A stretch of DNA of 64,000 nucleotides from Centroscyllium fabricii. Taxonomy: Eukaryota. Location of the stretch: contig JBNRSN020000019.1 in NCBI GenBank assembly GCA_051313645.2, positions 80,662,001 through 80,726,000 on the forward strand, in the 5' to 3' direction. The notes beneath the pieces are model-generated. The model saw nothing but the letters and a program-made list of their open reading frames with translations. It had not been told where the DNA came from and did not search any database. Position numbers and translations under genes: made by a program. Shown here piece after piece: positions 48,204-60,856 of the stretch (positions are counted from its first letter, which is position 1; the number at the start of each line of letters is the position of its first letter).

Positions 48204-48645
48204 AGAAAGACTTACATTTATATAGCGACCTCAGGACATCCCAATGTGCTTTACAGCCAATGAAGTACTTTTGAAGTGTAGTTACTGTTGTAATGTGGGA
48301 AAGGCAGCAGCCATTTTGTGCACAGCAAGCTCCCACAAACAGCAATGTGATAATGACCAGATAATCTGCTTTTGTTATGTTGATTGAGGGTTAAATATTG
48401 GCCAGGACACCGGGGATAACTCCCCTGCTCTTCTTTGAAATAGTGCCATGGGATCTTTTACGTCCACCTGAGAGAGTAGACAGGGCCTCAGTTTAACATC
48501 TCATCGAAAAGATGGCACCTCTGACATTGCAGCACTGGAGTATCAGTCTAGATTTTTGTGCTCCAGTCTCTGGAGTGGGACTTGAACCCACAACCTCCTG
48601 ACCCAGAGACGAGGTGTGCTGCCCATTGAGCCACAGCTGACACTT
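48204..48645 (-). mobile_element. Deu-domain SINE (SacSINE1-like); decayed plus-strand copy at ~58228-58675
   Basis: tRNA-like head; core aaaagatcccatggcactatttcaaagaagag. Confidence 0.7.
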
Positions 48646-49006
48646 TGCTTTATAGTGATAAATATTACAGTAAATAAAGTCTATCTTGATATTTCAGTAT
48701 ATTAGTGTAAGTTTCAGCATCATAGTACATGACCCACTCAAGAAAACACTATACCTTAATGTAGTCACACACCATCCTGACTTGGAAATATATCGCCATT
48801 CCTTCAACGTCGCTGGGTCAAAATCCTGGAACTCCCTAACAGCACTGTGGGAGTACCTTCACCACACGGACTGCAGCAGTTAAATAAGGTGGCTCACCAC
48901 CACCTTCTCAAGGGCAATTAGGGATGGGCAATAAATGCTGGCCTTGCCAGCGACACCCATATCCCAGGAACAAATGTAAAAAAAATTCCCTTGGGGGATA
49001 CACATG

Positions 49007-49739
49007 GGCCCAAAAATTCGGGTCGGAGGCTTCCCGTGGGTGTAAGCCTCCAACCTGCACTTACCTTGCGCGCCGGCCGTTGAGCTGTGGAATTCTGATC
49101 CGGGGCCTCCTCCAACTGCCGGCGCGCTGTGCTCGCGTATCCCAACGGCGAAGATAGTGCGATGGACACGTGGACCACGGAGAGCACAGAATGGTCCATT
49201 CATACTTTTGACAGGAAGACCTGTCAAAAGTATGAAAACTACAATCCCCAAAACATCACTAAATTTTCAAATATATTTTTTTTAAATCACATTTTTTTAA
49301 ATAACTATAAATTCCATTAAATAACTATTTAAACAATAATTTAAATTTTTGAAAAAATTAATTATTTTTTCTAACGGGGCTAAAAATAAACTTACCTTTC
49401 TTTAAAGTATTTAAAAATAATAAACCTGTGGGAAAAATGTTTTCATTTGAATTAATTCACCACTTACCTTGTTAAAAGCAGGCCTTGCGACTGCTTTTTA
49501 CATTTCTAAAATATTCAGACTTACCCAGAATGAAAAACCTGTAAAAAAAAAGTGGAAGTGCATTGCACGTGCGCTGCCGTTCCCGCGCACACGTTCCGAC
49601 CTCTGAACCCTTCTGTCAGGGGATCGGAAGTGCCGGTTTCGCGCGCATGCGCTGTGCATGCACAAAACCGGCACTTTGGATGGGCCTACGGGTGAGTACC
49701 CAGCGCATACTCACCCACGGGAACCCGAATTTCTGGGCC
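49007..49739. mobile_element. Harbinger-like non-autonomous TIR element
   Basis: ggcccaaaaattcggg / cccgaatttctgggcc; 3-bp TSD ATG. Confidence 0.75.
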
Positions 49740-49789
49740 ATGATGTTTTCATTCTTTAGCAATCAGAAAGATGCCACAGCTCTGTGAAG

Positions 49790-49990
49790 AAGGCTGGCTT
49801 GCTGGCTGGCTACTATAAAGTATTGGTTATGTGCAGCAACCATAGCCGATGACACCTCTGTTCAACTTGCACACCAAAGCAGAGAACAGCTACAAGGGAA
49901 ACCCAAGGACCTGATTGAGCAGACATTTAGGATGCTGAAGTCGGTCAGCGGAGACCTTAGAGTAGGCCCAGAGAAGGTGTGCAGAGGCCA
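49790..49990 (+). pseudogene. Decayed Harbinger/PIF transposase C-terminal remnant
   Basis: Manual translation GYVQQP*PMTPLFNLHTKAENSY..(frameshift)..IEQTFRMLKS resembles the GY-LMTP-E-YN-IE-FG-LK motif series. Confidence 0.55.
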
Positions 49991-50864
49991 CAGTATGGAC
50001 TTGAACGGCGAACGGTTGAAAATCATAGAACAACTATCGCAGACCAGCCACCACAGTCAGTGAGGGAGGTGTGTTACTGCCTCAGCGACCAGTTCTTCGA
50101 ATTACTTTATTGGGTACTTTTACTTTCTATTGCTGTTTGAATTACCTGGGTTTTTTTGTATAGTAAACTATATGTTAGCTTTACTGTTGGACAACTGACA
50201 CTTCCATATCTGCAAAATGAAAGAACGACCGACTGTAAGATATAATAAAAGTGAAGATATTTTATTTTATATTTTAGTGTATATGCTGTAGGTGTTTGTC
50301 ATGGTTTTTTCTGGTGCATTTTCCCTTGCGTGCCATGAAGTTCTGTGTGTTGACTGTTGCTGTGGCCTACAACTGGATGCCCCCATAGTTGAAGGAGTAT
50401 CACTGGAGACTGCTGCATAGCCAACTGTAGGAGAGACACTGCCTGTATCTACAAGCAGAAGTGCTTACATCAGTCCCAGGAATCTCCTTTGCCAGAGTCT
50501 GTGTGGGCTGTTTGCTTTCAGAGCCAACCTCTGCTGTCACTTGTGCAGGGCCGTATGATGTTACAGTACGATCACTGACGTGAGTGTCACTGTGACGTAT
50601 CGTCAATTCCCTTAATAAAAGACTTCGACGAGTAGTGACCTTAAACTACAGGCTATTATTAACTAACTTTGGAGCTACACTCTGAACGGACATCCAGAAC
50701 AGAATGAGGGAGCCTGGTCAGTCCTCACCTATAAAGGGCCTCACCTGGGGGAGGAGTTAGAGGTGTGGCTGACCTGGCTCCACGACAGTGTTGTAAGACA
50801 GTGTGACAATATTACAGTGGTAAGCTATACAATACGGTTACCACATTCACCCCTTCTTGAAAAT

Positions 50865-53800
50865 CTAAGTCCGGCGGGGTGAATGGACAGACCAGTTCAT
50901 TATAAGCTTGTCCGGCGGTCGTGTCTGTCTGGAGGGTTCTGGTAAAAGTTCCTTATGTTCCGTCCCGTTCGGGTCCGGTAGTGGTGACAGTGGCGCTGGT
51001 GCCAAAATTTCGGATGCTGGTGGTCTCAGTTGATCCGAGCCATCGGAATGGTGGTCTTGGGCTGGCCACGGCTGGGGCTCTGGATACCTCGGAGGCCACT
51101 GTAGATGCAGGGGGTGTTCCAAATACTGTGGCTGGGCGGTCTGCTGCCCGACCAGGGGCTCTGTTGTGGTGCTCCCGGCGGGTGCCAGGTCCCTGATGGA
51201 GATGGTGTCCTCGCGCCCGTCCGGGAACTGCACGTAGGCATATTGGGGATTCACATGCAGGAGCTGCACCTTGTCCACCAGGGGGTCGGTCTTGTGGCCA
51301 CGGACGTGTCTTCTAAGGAAGACCGGCCCTGGTGTCATGAGCCATGGAGGAAGAGCTGTCCCCGAAGTCGACTTCCTGGGAAAGGAAAATATCAAGTCAT
51401 GAGGGGTGGCGTTAGTGGCCGTACACAGTAGAGAGCATATCGAATGTAGCGCGTCTGGGAGGACTGCCTGCCAATGGGCCACTGGAAGGCCTCTGGACTT
51501 CAGAGCCAGGGTGACCGCCTTCCAGATGATCCCATTCTCCCTTTCTACCTGGCCGTTCCCCCGGGGGTTATAACTGGTCGTTCTGCTCGTGGCAACCCCT
51601 TTCTGGAGCAGAAACTGACGCAGTTCATCGCTCATGAACGATGACCCCCGGTCGCTATGAATGTAGCTGGGGAGACCGAAAATGGCGAACAGCGTGGTGA
51701 AGTGTTTTATCACCGTTGCGCTCATCATATCTGAGCAGGGGAAGGCGAAGGGGAAGCGGGAGAACTCATCTACGACCGTGAGGAAGTATGAGTTGCGATC
51801 GGTGGTGGGGAGGGGGCCTTTGAAGTCCACGCTTAGACGTTCAAAGGGGCGGGTGGCCTTAATGAGGTGCACCGTGTCTGGCCGGAAAAATTGGGGTTTG
51901 CACTCGGCGCAAACAGGGCACTCTCGGGTCATAGCCTTGATCTCCGTGATGGAGTAGGGGAGGCTACGGGATCTAATGAAGTGGGCGAGTCTAGTGACAC
52001 CCGGGTGACAGAGGCGATCGTGGAGATCCTTCAGCCGGTCTAGCTGCGCACTGGCGCACGTTCCCCTGGACAGTGCGTCCGGGGGTTCATTGAGTTTACC
52101 TGGTCGGTAAAGAATGTCATACTCGTAAGTCGAGAGTTCGATCCGCCACCGCAGGATCTTATCATTCTTGATCTTACCCTTCTGTTTATTATTAAACATA
52201 AACGCCACCGACCGTTGGTCGGTGAGAAGGGTAAAACGCTTACTGGCCAGGTAATGACGCCAGTAGCGCACGGCCTCCACGATGGCCTGGGCCTCCTTTT
52301 CCACTGCAGAGTGGCGAGTTTCGGGTCCCTGTAGGGTGCGGGAGAAAAACGCTACGGGCCTGCCTGCCTGATTCAGGGTGGCAGCAAGGGCAAAGTCCGA
52401 AGCGTCGCTCTCCACCTGGAAGGGAATGGATTCATCAACGGCGTGCATGGTCGCCTTGATGATGTCTTCCTTTATCCGGGCGAATGCCGTTTGGGCTTCT
52501 ACCGAGAGGGGGAAGACGGCAGCCTTGAGGAGTGGTCTAGCCTTGTCCGCGAACTGTGGGACCCATTGTGTGTAATAGGAGAAAAATCCTAGGCATCTCC
52601 TCAAGGCTTTGGGGTTGTGAGGTAGGGGCAGTTCTTGTAGGGGGCGCATACGCTGTGGGTCGGGGCCGAGGACCCCGTTCTCCACCACGTATCCGAGGAT
52701 GGCGAGCCAGTCTGTATTAAAGACACATTTGTCCTTGTTATACGTAAGGTCCAGCTTTTCCGCCGTGTCAAGGAATTTGGCCAGATTGGCATCGTGGTCC
52801 TGCTGGTCATGGCCGCAGATGGTCACGTTGTGCAGGTAAGGGAAGGTGGCCCGCAACTCGTTCTGGTCAACCATGCGGTCCATCTCCCGTTAGAACACTG
52901 ACACTCCGTTGGTCATGCCGAAGGGGACCCGGAGGAAGTGGTAGAGCCGACCGTTCGCCTCGAAGGCGGTGTACGGGCGGTCGGCTTTCCGGATCGGGAG
53001 TTGGTGATACGCCGACTTAAGATCGATTGTGGAGAACACCTTATGTTGTGCGATCTGGTTGACCATGTCCGAGATGCGGGGGAGGGGGTAGGCGTCGAGC
53101 CCGGTGTAGCGGTTAATGGTCTGGCTGTAGTCGATAACCAGCCGCTGTTTCTCGCCAGTCTTCACCACTACTACCTGGGCCCGCCAGGGGCTGGTGCTGG
53201 CTTCAATTATCCCCTCCTTCAGCATACGCCCGACCTCCGACCTGATAAACGTGCGATCCCCCACACTGTACCGCCGACTCTTAGTAGCAATAGGCTTGCA
53301 GTTGGGGTCGAGGTTGGCGAACAGTGAGGGGGGGTCGATTTTCAGGGTGGAGAGGCCGCAGGCCGGGCTCCGCTTTGGGAAGGGACTGTCCCGGCTACTG
53401 ACGGTGAGGGGGGGCAAGGTCCCGCCGAACTCCATTGTCACGCTCTTGAGGTGGCACTGGAAATCCAGACCTAGTAAGGCTGGGGCACACAACTGCTTGA
53501 GGGTGTACAATTTAAAATTACGGTACACACAACCCTTGACTGTGAGCGTGACGGAGCAGTAGCCGGTGACGTCCGCGGTGCGGGACTGTGAAGCAAGGGA
53601 GACTTCGTAGCGCATGGGCAGGATCTGCAGTCCATAGCGCTGCGCTGTATCAGGGTGGATAAAGCTCTCTGTGCTTCCAGTGTCGAACAGGCAATTTGTA
53701 ACATGGCCGTTGATTTTGATCGGCATGATCGAGTTCGATAGTGTGTGTGGCCTAGCCTGATCGACTTTAGGTACGGCTGAGGCCGAAGTGTGCCTGTGTG

Positions 53801-55129
53801 TGTGGGGGCCCCCTGCTGGTTGGGGTTGTACACAAGATGGCGTCGCCCGTGGTTCGCACATGGCGGGGCGCTGGAGACAAAATGGCGGCGCCCATGGCTC
53901 GCACATGGCGGGCCGCTGGAGACAAAATGGTGGCTCCGAGGGGTCGCACATGGTGGGCCGCTGGAGACAAGATGGCGGCGCCCGTGGTTCGCACGCGGCT
54001 GACCGCTGTGAGCGCGCTGGCAGCGCCCGTGGTTCGCATGCAGCGGGCCGCGGTGGCTGGGTTGGCGGTGCCCGTGGTTCGCACGCAGCGAGCCGCGGTG
54101 TTCGGGTTGGCGGCGCCCGTGGTTCGCACACAGCGGGCCGCGCTGGGTGTGCTGCTGCTGGCGTTGGGGGGTCGCGCATGGCCGGCCGTGGCTGAGCTTG
54201 GCGTGCCGTGGGTGCAGCCGGCCTCTGCTGCATCAGGGTGGGAGATGGGGGTGCTTTTCTTCTACCCCCGGACCGTCGCTGGATCGCGCTGCTATTGCAG
54301 CTTACCTGAGGTCTGGTGGAGCTTTCACAGGCTGCGCTGTTGTACCTGGAGTTGGGCGCTGCTGGTGCTGATCTGCAGGCCTTCGTGTAGTGTCCCTTTT
54401 GGAGCACCTCTCACAGGTCGCGGTCCTCGCTGGGCATCTCGCTCGTGGATGCAGTCCCTGACCGCAGAAGTAGCACCGTTTGTCTGCCTTTGCGGCTGTC
54501 GCAGCCATCATGGGGGTCTCGACCCGTTGTGGTGCTGCCCAGGCCTGGGCCCGTTGTGGCGCGGCCCACACATCGTAGGCCTGCGGGTCTGTGCCGCTGT
54601 ACGCCTGCAGCTTGTTGCGTGCCCCTTCGACAGAGTTCGATATAGAAATCGCCTCTTCTAAAGTCAGAGAGTCTTTCTCCAGCAGCCGCTGGCGGGCTTC
54701 AACGCATCTCAGGCCTGTTGCGTAGGCATCACGGACGAGGAGATTCACCTCCTCTTCTGCTGTCCGTGCTTGGCAGCCACAGACCCGTACCAGAGCCTGG
54801 AGTGCTTGCTCAAATTGTTCATTTGTCTCACCCGGTAGTTGTGGTCTGGTCGCGAGCACATGTCTGGCGTAGACCGAATGGACCGGGCGCTCATAGCATT
54901 TCCTCAGCTTTTCCACTGCCACTGGGTAGGTTTTGGCGTCTCGGATGAGGGAGAATACTCGGCTGGAGATCCTAGACCGGAGAACTTGCAGTTTGTTCCC
55001 GTCGGTTGTAGCCTTGGCGGCGTCCATATAGGCCTCCAGGAGACCGAACCAGTGTTCGAACGTGGTGGCGGCGGCTGGCTCCTGTGGACTGGTGTCCAGC
55101 TTTTCTGGCTTTACCGCACCGCTCTCCAT
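50865..55129 (-). pseudogene. Family-B gag-pol with a frameshift (~54400), an in-frame stop (52890) and RT motif YLHN
   Basis: ORFs 54302-55129 (gag), 52890-54407 (protease LFDTGS, RT N-terminus) and 50865-52883 (RT C-terminus, RNase H, integrase). Confidence 0.9.
53830..54190 (-). repeat. Coding tandem repeat (39-45 bp units) between gag and protease
   Basis: Repeated A(A/M)CEPRAPP peptide, about 8 units. Confidence 0.85.
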
Positions 55130-55604
55130 TTCAAATTTTCTTAGTTAATAAAATTGACGTATCGTCCAATTCCCTTAATAAAAGACTTCGACGAGTAGTA
55201 ACCTTAAACTACAGGCTTTTATTAACTAACTTTGGAGCTACACTCCGAACGAACATCCAGAACAGAATGAGGGAGCTTGGTCAGTCCTCACCTATAAAGG
55301 GCCTCACCTGGGGGAGGAGTTAGAGGTGTGGCTGACCTGGCTCCACGACAGTGTTGTAAGACAGTGTGACAATATTACAGTGGTAAGCTATACAATACGG
55401 TTACCACACACTGCTTGCTCCTGTGCTATTCCATGCATGCAATCGCTGGAGGGCCCTCACAAGGTCCACTGATCTGTGTGAGCACAGAAAGTGGGAATCT
55501 ATGAGATCTTCCCTGTGGTTGCCTGGAACCATTCTCCAAGCAAGATGAATTAGGTTGCAAGTGCTTCATATGGTTGGGGCCCCAAAGCCTCCACAGCAGC
55601 ATGA

Positions 55605-56029
55605 GGGCGGCACGGTGGCATAGTGGTTAGCACTGTTGCCTCACAGCTCTGGAGACCCGGGTTCAAATCCAGCCTCGGGTGACTATCTGTGTGGAGTTTG
55701 CACATTCTCCCCGTGTCTGCGTGGGTTTCCTCCGGGTGCTCCGGTTTCCTCCCACAGTCCAAAGATGTGCGGGTTAGGTTGATTGGCCAGGATAAATTGA
55801 CCCTTAGTGTTAGGGGGATTGAATATGTGGGGTTATGGGGATAGGGTGGGAATATGTGGGGTTACGGGGATAGGGTGGGATATGTGTCGGTGCAGGCTCG
55901 ATAGGGATATGGGGAGAGGGCAGGGGCGGGGTGCTGGGTTTGGATGATCAGCCATGATCTCATTGAATGGCAGAGCAGGCTCGAAGGGCCGAATGGCCTA
56001 CTCCTGCTCCTAGTTTCTATGTTCTATGT
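55605..56029 (+). mobile_element. HE1-type SINE, full length
   Basis: Head, V-domain and tail all present. Confidence 0.9.
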
Positions 56030-56691
56030 TTATTCACAAGAGACAGTACCACTGGGTCTTATTACCTGCATTACCAATGTCAATACTGCTAGTTTTGTCA
56101 TATTACCAATGGCAACAACTGTGCTGATTGTTACTCTTCCAACTAACTATTCCCATTCCACCTACCATGTGTATGGAGACAATCGTCTTTTAACATAGAT
56201 GCCAAACATCTATTTCAAAGCAAGCCCACTCAGGTCCCACTCTAAAACTCTCCGTCTCTCCACCTCTTTCTCCTCTTTTAAGGCCCTCCTTAAACCTGTT
56301 TCTTTCACTAAGCGTTTAGTTATCCTTCCTAATAACTTCATCTTTGGCTCTGTGTCAATTTTTTGACTGCTGATGATTTTCTGCATTAAAAGTGCTTTAT
56401 AAATGCAAGGGGTATTGTTGTTGTATCGCTCCCCAAAGCAGCAGGGGCAATCAGCATTCTGAACCTGCAACCAGTGGGCTGTTATTCATCAACCCTCAGC
56501 ACTGATAGATAGCTACGTGTCATCACAGAGTCCTGAACGAGTGACAGTAGACATTGTATCTGAAAGCAAAAGATATCTTCCAAATTAAAGCTAATTTTCT
56601 GCACTCCACTGTTTCATCTTCAACCCCACGAGCATCTTCTTCCTAGTGTGCTGGGGTTAGAGTTAAGTGTAGATGGTAATGGTTGGTTTTG

Positions 56692-57092
56692 TGGCACGGT
56701 GGCATAGTGGTTAGCACTGTTGTCTAACAGCACTGGAGACCCAGGCTCAAATCCAGCCTCGGGTGACTATCTGTGTGGAGTTTGCACATTCTCCCCGTGT
56801 CTGCGTGGGTTTCCTCCGGGTGCTCCGGTTTCCTCCCACAGTCCAAAGATGTGCGGGTTAGGTTGATTGGCCATGATAAATTGACCCTTAGTGTTAGGGG
56901 GATTGAATGTGTGGGGTTACGGGGACAGGGTGGGATATGTGTCGGTGCAGGCTAGATCGGGATCGAGGGATATGGGGAGAGGGCAGGGGCGGGGTGCTGG
57001 GTTTGGATGATCAGCCATGATCTCATTGAATGGCGGAGCAGGCTCGAAGGGCCGAATGGCCTATTCCTGCTCCTAGTTTCTATGTTTCTATG
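56692..57092 (+). mobile_element. HE1-type SINE, full length
   Basis: Head, V-domain and tail all present. Confidence 0.9.
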
Positions 57093-58954
57093 TGATACTG
57101 TACATGGTCCTCTTTGTGCGCAACTTGTAGACCACGGAGTTCTCCTTGCTCTGCGAAGAGATAGAATATTGTGGCTGCCATTTGCATACTGTATTGTCAT
57201 TCCATGCACTATTAGAGCCTTATGTACGACCAGTCTTTACAGTCATATTGATGTAAAAAAAAGCAAATCACAGCTGATATGGTACATACCAGTTGTCCCA
57301 CACATCCCTGTAACATCCACAGTCCCAACACCTTTTGAGCCCCTCCCCCCACTGTCCCCCGAATAAATCGATTATTCTTTCTTCACGTTCAGTGAGAGTC
57401 GGGTCCACCATCAGTGCCCTCAGTTAAGTGCAAGTTTTACCTTTAAACATAAAAGCAGTGTCGATTAAGATGAAGTGGTTTAGGCCACGAAAAGGATTTC
57501 CCACACTGAATTCTCTTTTCCATCGTGGTAGAATAATATAATCTACCTGCCTCTGCTATTTTTATTGGTACACCCTTGCAAACACTTCTCTGTGTAAATA
57601 CCTGTATAGCATTTTTGCATAGATCTTTCACCACTATGATTTTCCTTCATTCCATATATGTCCTCTGCTGCTACTGTTGCCACATTAGTTGCCTCCACAT
57701 TATGTTGGGGCCATCCCCCCACATCAAAAACGTTCTCCTATTTCTTTGTAACACAGTTAAGAAGAACATCAGGCAAACATTTAGCAGATTTATACCGGGA
57801 TCATTTATACCAATTAAGTGGCTCATTAACTACTTGAGAAGTGTTAAACGTTCATTGTTACAGGTGTTCAATCATAGGGCTTGTTTTTATCATAACAAAC
57901 TTAATTACATTTTTTTTTAAATGCACAATTCAAAATCACATGTTCCTGCCATTTTGTTAGCAGACCATCAATAATGATGAAAAAAAGACCATTTAGCAAA
58001 ACAGGAAGATGCAAGTGTACACATTCCACAACAGATGATTCCAGGGCAGGATGATGTGATCAGGGATTGAAAGAGCTGCAGCAACAACGTGCAGAATTAT
58101 TTATTTCTTTGCCATATTGCACTCAGAGATAAAACTATGGAACCTGAAATAAAAGTGAAACAACCGCTGGCAGTGGAATCAAAAGCGCACATACAAGGAA
58201 AAATTGCACAGTTTTACCTATATTTAAGTGTCAGCTTGGTTCAGTTGGTATCACGCTTGCCTCTGTTCAGGAGGTTGTTGGTTCAAGCAAGGAATTGTGC
58301 ACATAACCTTGGCTGACACTCCAGTGAAGTACTGAGGGAATGCTGGATTGTCAGAGGCGCCATCCTGTTCATGCAGATATAAAAGATCTTCACAACGCTA
58401 CTTGAAGAGTCTTCCCAGTGTGTTTGACAGCATTTCTCCCTCTATTCATTCACCTCATTTGCTGTTTGTGGGATCATGCTGTGTACACGCTGCATGCCAC
58501 ATAATAACAGTGACTGTGCTTCTAAAAGGATCAGCCATGATCTCATTGAATGGCGGAGCAGGCTCGAAGGGCCGAATGGCCTACTCCTGCTCCTATCATC
58601 TATGTAAAAGTAGTTAATTGGTTGTGAAACACTTTGGAATGTCCTGAGGATGTGACAAGGCACTATATAAGTACAATACTAAGCGGCCTAGCTGTAAATG
58701 TGGAAGAAGGTGACAACCCTGAGGCTGGGTGGAAGTTAATGCTGCCCACTAGGTTCTTATAGCAAGTGTGACAGAAACGGAGCACTTTCACATGAAAAGA
58801 CAAGTCAATATATCATGAATTTAAAATAGTTTTCCATTTGTTACATTCTCAAAAGAGTCCCTTTGCCTTTGAGGGGAACATAACACAATATACGAATACT
58901 CTCCAGAATATTTCTATTTCTATGGAGGCTATATGGACGAGCTGACCTCCCAGA

Positions 58955-59332
58955 TATAAGATTGTGAGGGGGCTCGATCGGGTGGATACGGTGAGGATGT
59001 TTCCACTGATGGGTGAGACTAGAACTAGGGGGCATAATCTGAGAATAAGGGGCTGCCCTTTCAAAACTGAGATGAGGAGGAATTTCTTCACTCAGAAGGT
59101 GGTGAGTCTGTGGAATTTGCTGCCTCAGCAAGCTGTGGAAGCTGGGATATTAAATAAATTTAAATCAGAAATAGACAGCTTCCTAGCTGATAAGGGAATA
59201 AGGGGTTACGGGGAACGGGCAGGGACGTGGACATGAATCTAAGTTCGGATCAGCCATGATCCTATTGAATGGCGGAGCAGGCCCGAGGGGCCGTATGGCC
59301 TACTCCTGCTCCTACTTCTTATGTTCTTATGT
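58955..59332 (+). mobile_element. CR1 3' fragment
   Basis: RTRGHNLRIRG peptide and tail. Confidence 0.88.
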
Positions 59333-59541
59333 CTTTGAAATGTTACGTGCATGAGAAACTTGTAGACACCTGATGATCATGCTAAGGTTGTCCTCAGAAT
59401 CAATCTATTCAGTGTATAAACCTGTAAGCACAGCTGAACATTGCTTCTGTCACTTGGTATATATATGTGTGGACAACCAAAATTGGCTGATACTGCAGAG
59501 GATCCCCATATGCTAGCCTGGAAGGAGATGGAGGCATAATA

Positions 59542-59632
59542 GGGGGCCGGGAGCTGCGAGGCCGTCGGGGGCCAGGAGCTGCGAGGCCGTCGGGGGCCGG
59601 GAGCTGCGAGGCCGTCGGGGCCCGGGAGCTGT
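59542..59632 (+). repeat. GC-rich minisatellite (~25-bp unit, ~3.5 copies)
   Basis: ggggccgggagctgcgaggccgtcg repeated. Confidence 0.85.
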
Positions 59633-60856
59633 GCGCCGTCATGGCCGGAGCGCCGGGGCCTGCGTGGCCAGGCACCGGGAGCATCGTGGCTACAGCGCCG
59701 GGTCGTCCTGGTGGGATGGAATGGATCAGACTGGGACTAAAGGACATTTTAATATCTTGGGAGATTGCATGTTTGCATTTCGTTATATTGTGTATGTTCA
59801 CTTTACAATGACAATAAATTGAATTGAATTGAATTGAATTGAATTGAGTTGACTTTGATTGCCACTCACAGGTGTTTTCTTTATGGTGGAGGTTAGCTAC
59901 AGTAGATAGCACAACTCGGCAGCTGACTCCATACTGAGTAGGAGCATACAGAAGCAGTTCCCCTCTGTCATTGCCAACTAGGTGTGCCAGGATATACAGA
60001 TATCACTGGTAGCATAATACTGGGTGCAACCAGTCCGACTTTGGTTCCAGCCATATGCCTTTTTTTGATATTCTTCATCTTTAAGTATGAAAACCTGTTG
60101 CAGAGATGCTTTGAAAACAAACCCCATATTTGCAGAAAAATGCCCTTTTAAAAAACATCTGTGTGTTGCTGGCCTTTAATGACCACTTTCAATGAGCAGA
60201 CTTAATACTAGCCCAAGGCTTCTTCGGCAGCACCTCCCAAACCCGTGAACTCTTCCGCCTAGAAGGCCAAGGGCAGCAGGCACATGGGGACACCACCACC
60301 TCCAAGTTCCCCTCCAAGTCACACACCATTCTGACGTGGATGTATATCGCCGATCCTTCATCGTCGCTGGGTCAAAATCCTGGAACTCCCTCCCTAACAG
60401 CACTGTGGGAGTACCTTCACCACACGGACTGCAGCGGTTCAAGAAGGTGGCTCACCACCACCTTCTCAAGGGCAATTAGGGATGGGCAATAAATGCAGGC
60501 CTTGCCAGCGACGTCCACGTCCCATAAACAATTTTTTTTTAACTTAGGCTCAAAACACAGGAAATGGAAGGCTGTGTTGCCATGCTCTCATTAACACAGA
60601 ATATCCATCCACAATAAAGCTTTTACACATTTTGTGCAACAACAAAGAACAAGGGCGGGCAACTTGAGGTGGAAAACGGAGTGGTACACCTTAGAATTGG
60701 AGGAGCCAATGAGATCCCTTTTCCCAGTCCCTGCTCACCCACTAACCGGCACCAAGACCATTCCCATTGATAGAAAGATCTGCCTTACAGCTCTTTATAG
60801 TCAACTGGAGAGTAACAATTTTAAATGTAATTTCCTGACATCAGGTGTGTGGCTTT

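Larger units (their letters stand above)
50593..55408 (-). mobile_element. Full-length defective Gypsy retrotransposon, family B (double-CCHC gag, Mag-type)
   Basis: LTRs 50593-50845 and 55155-55408 nearly identical; TSD CACTG; PPT aagaaggggtgaa. Confidence 0.95.

Noticed and set aside
54395-54410. Programmed frameshift between family-B gag and pol
   Set aside because: The shift falls inside the second CCHC knuckle with no canonical heptamer, and the copy has other lesions; a 1-nt deletion is more likely.
55605-55680. tRNA-like sequences (also at 20070-20135, 29599 and 56692)
   Set aside because: These are heads of tRNA-derived SINEs, followed by the V-domain and a LINE tail; they are not tRNA genes.
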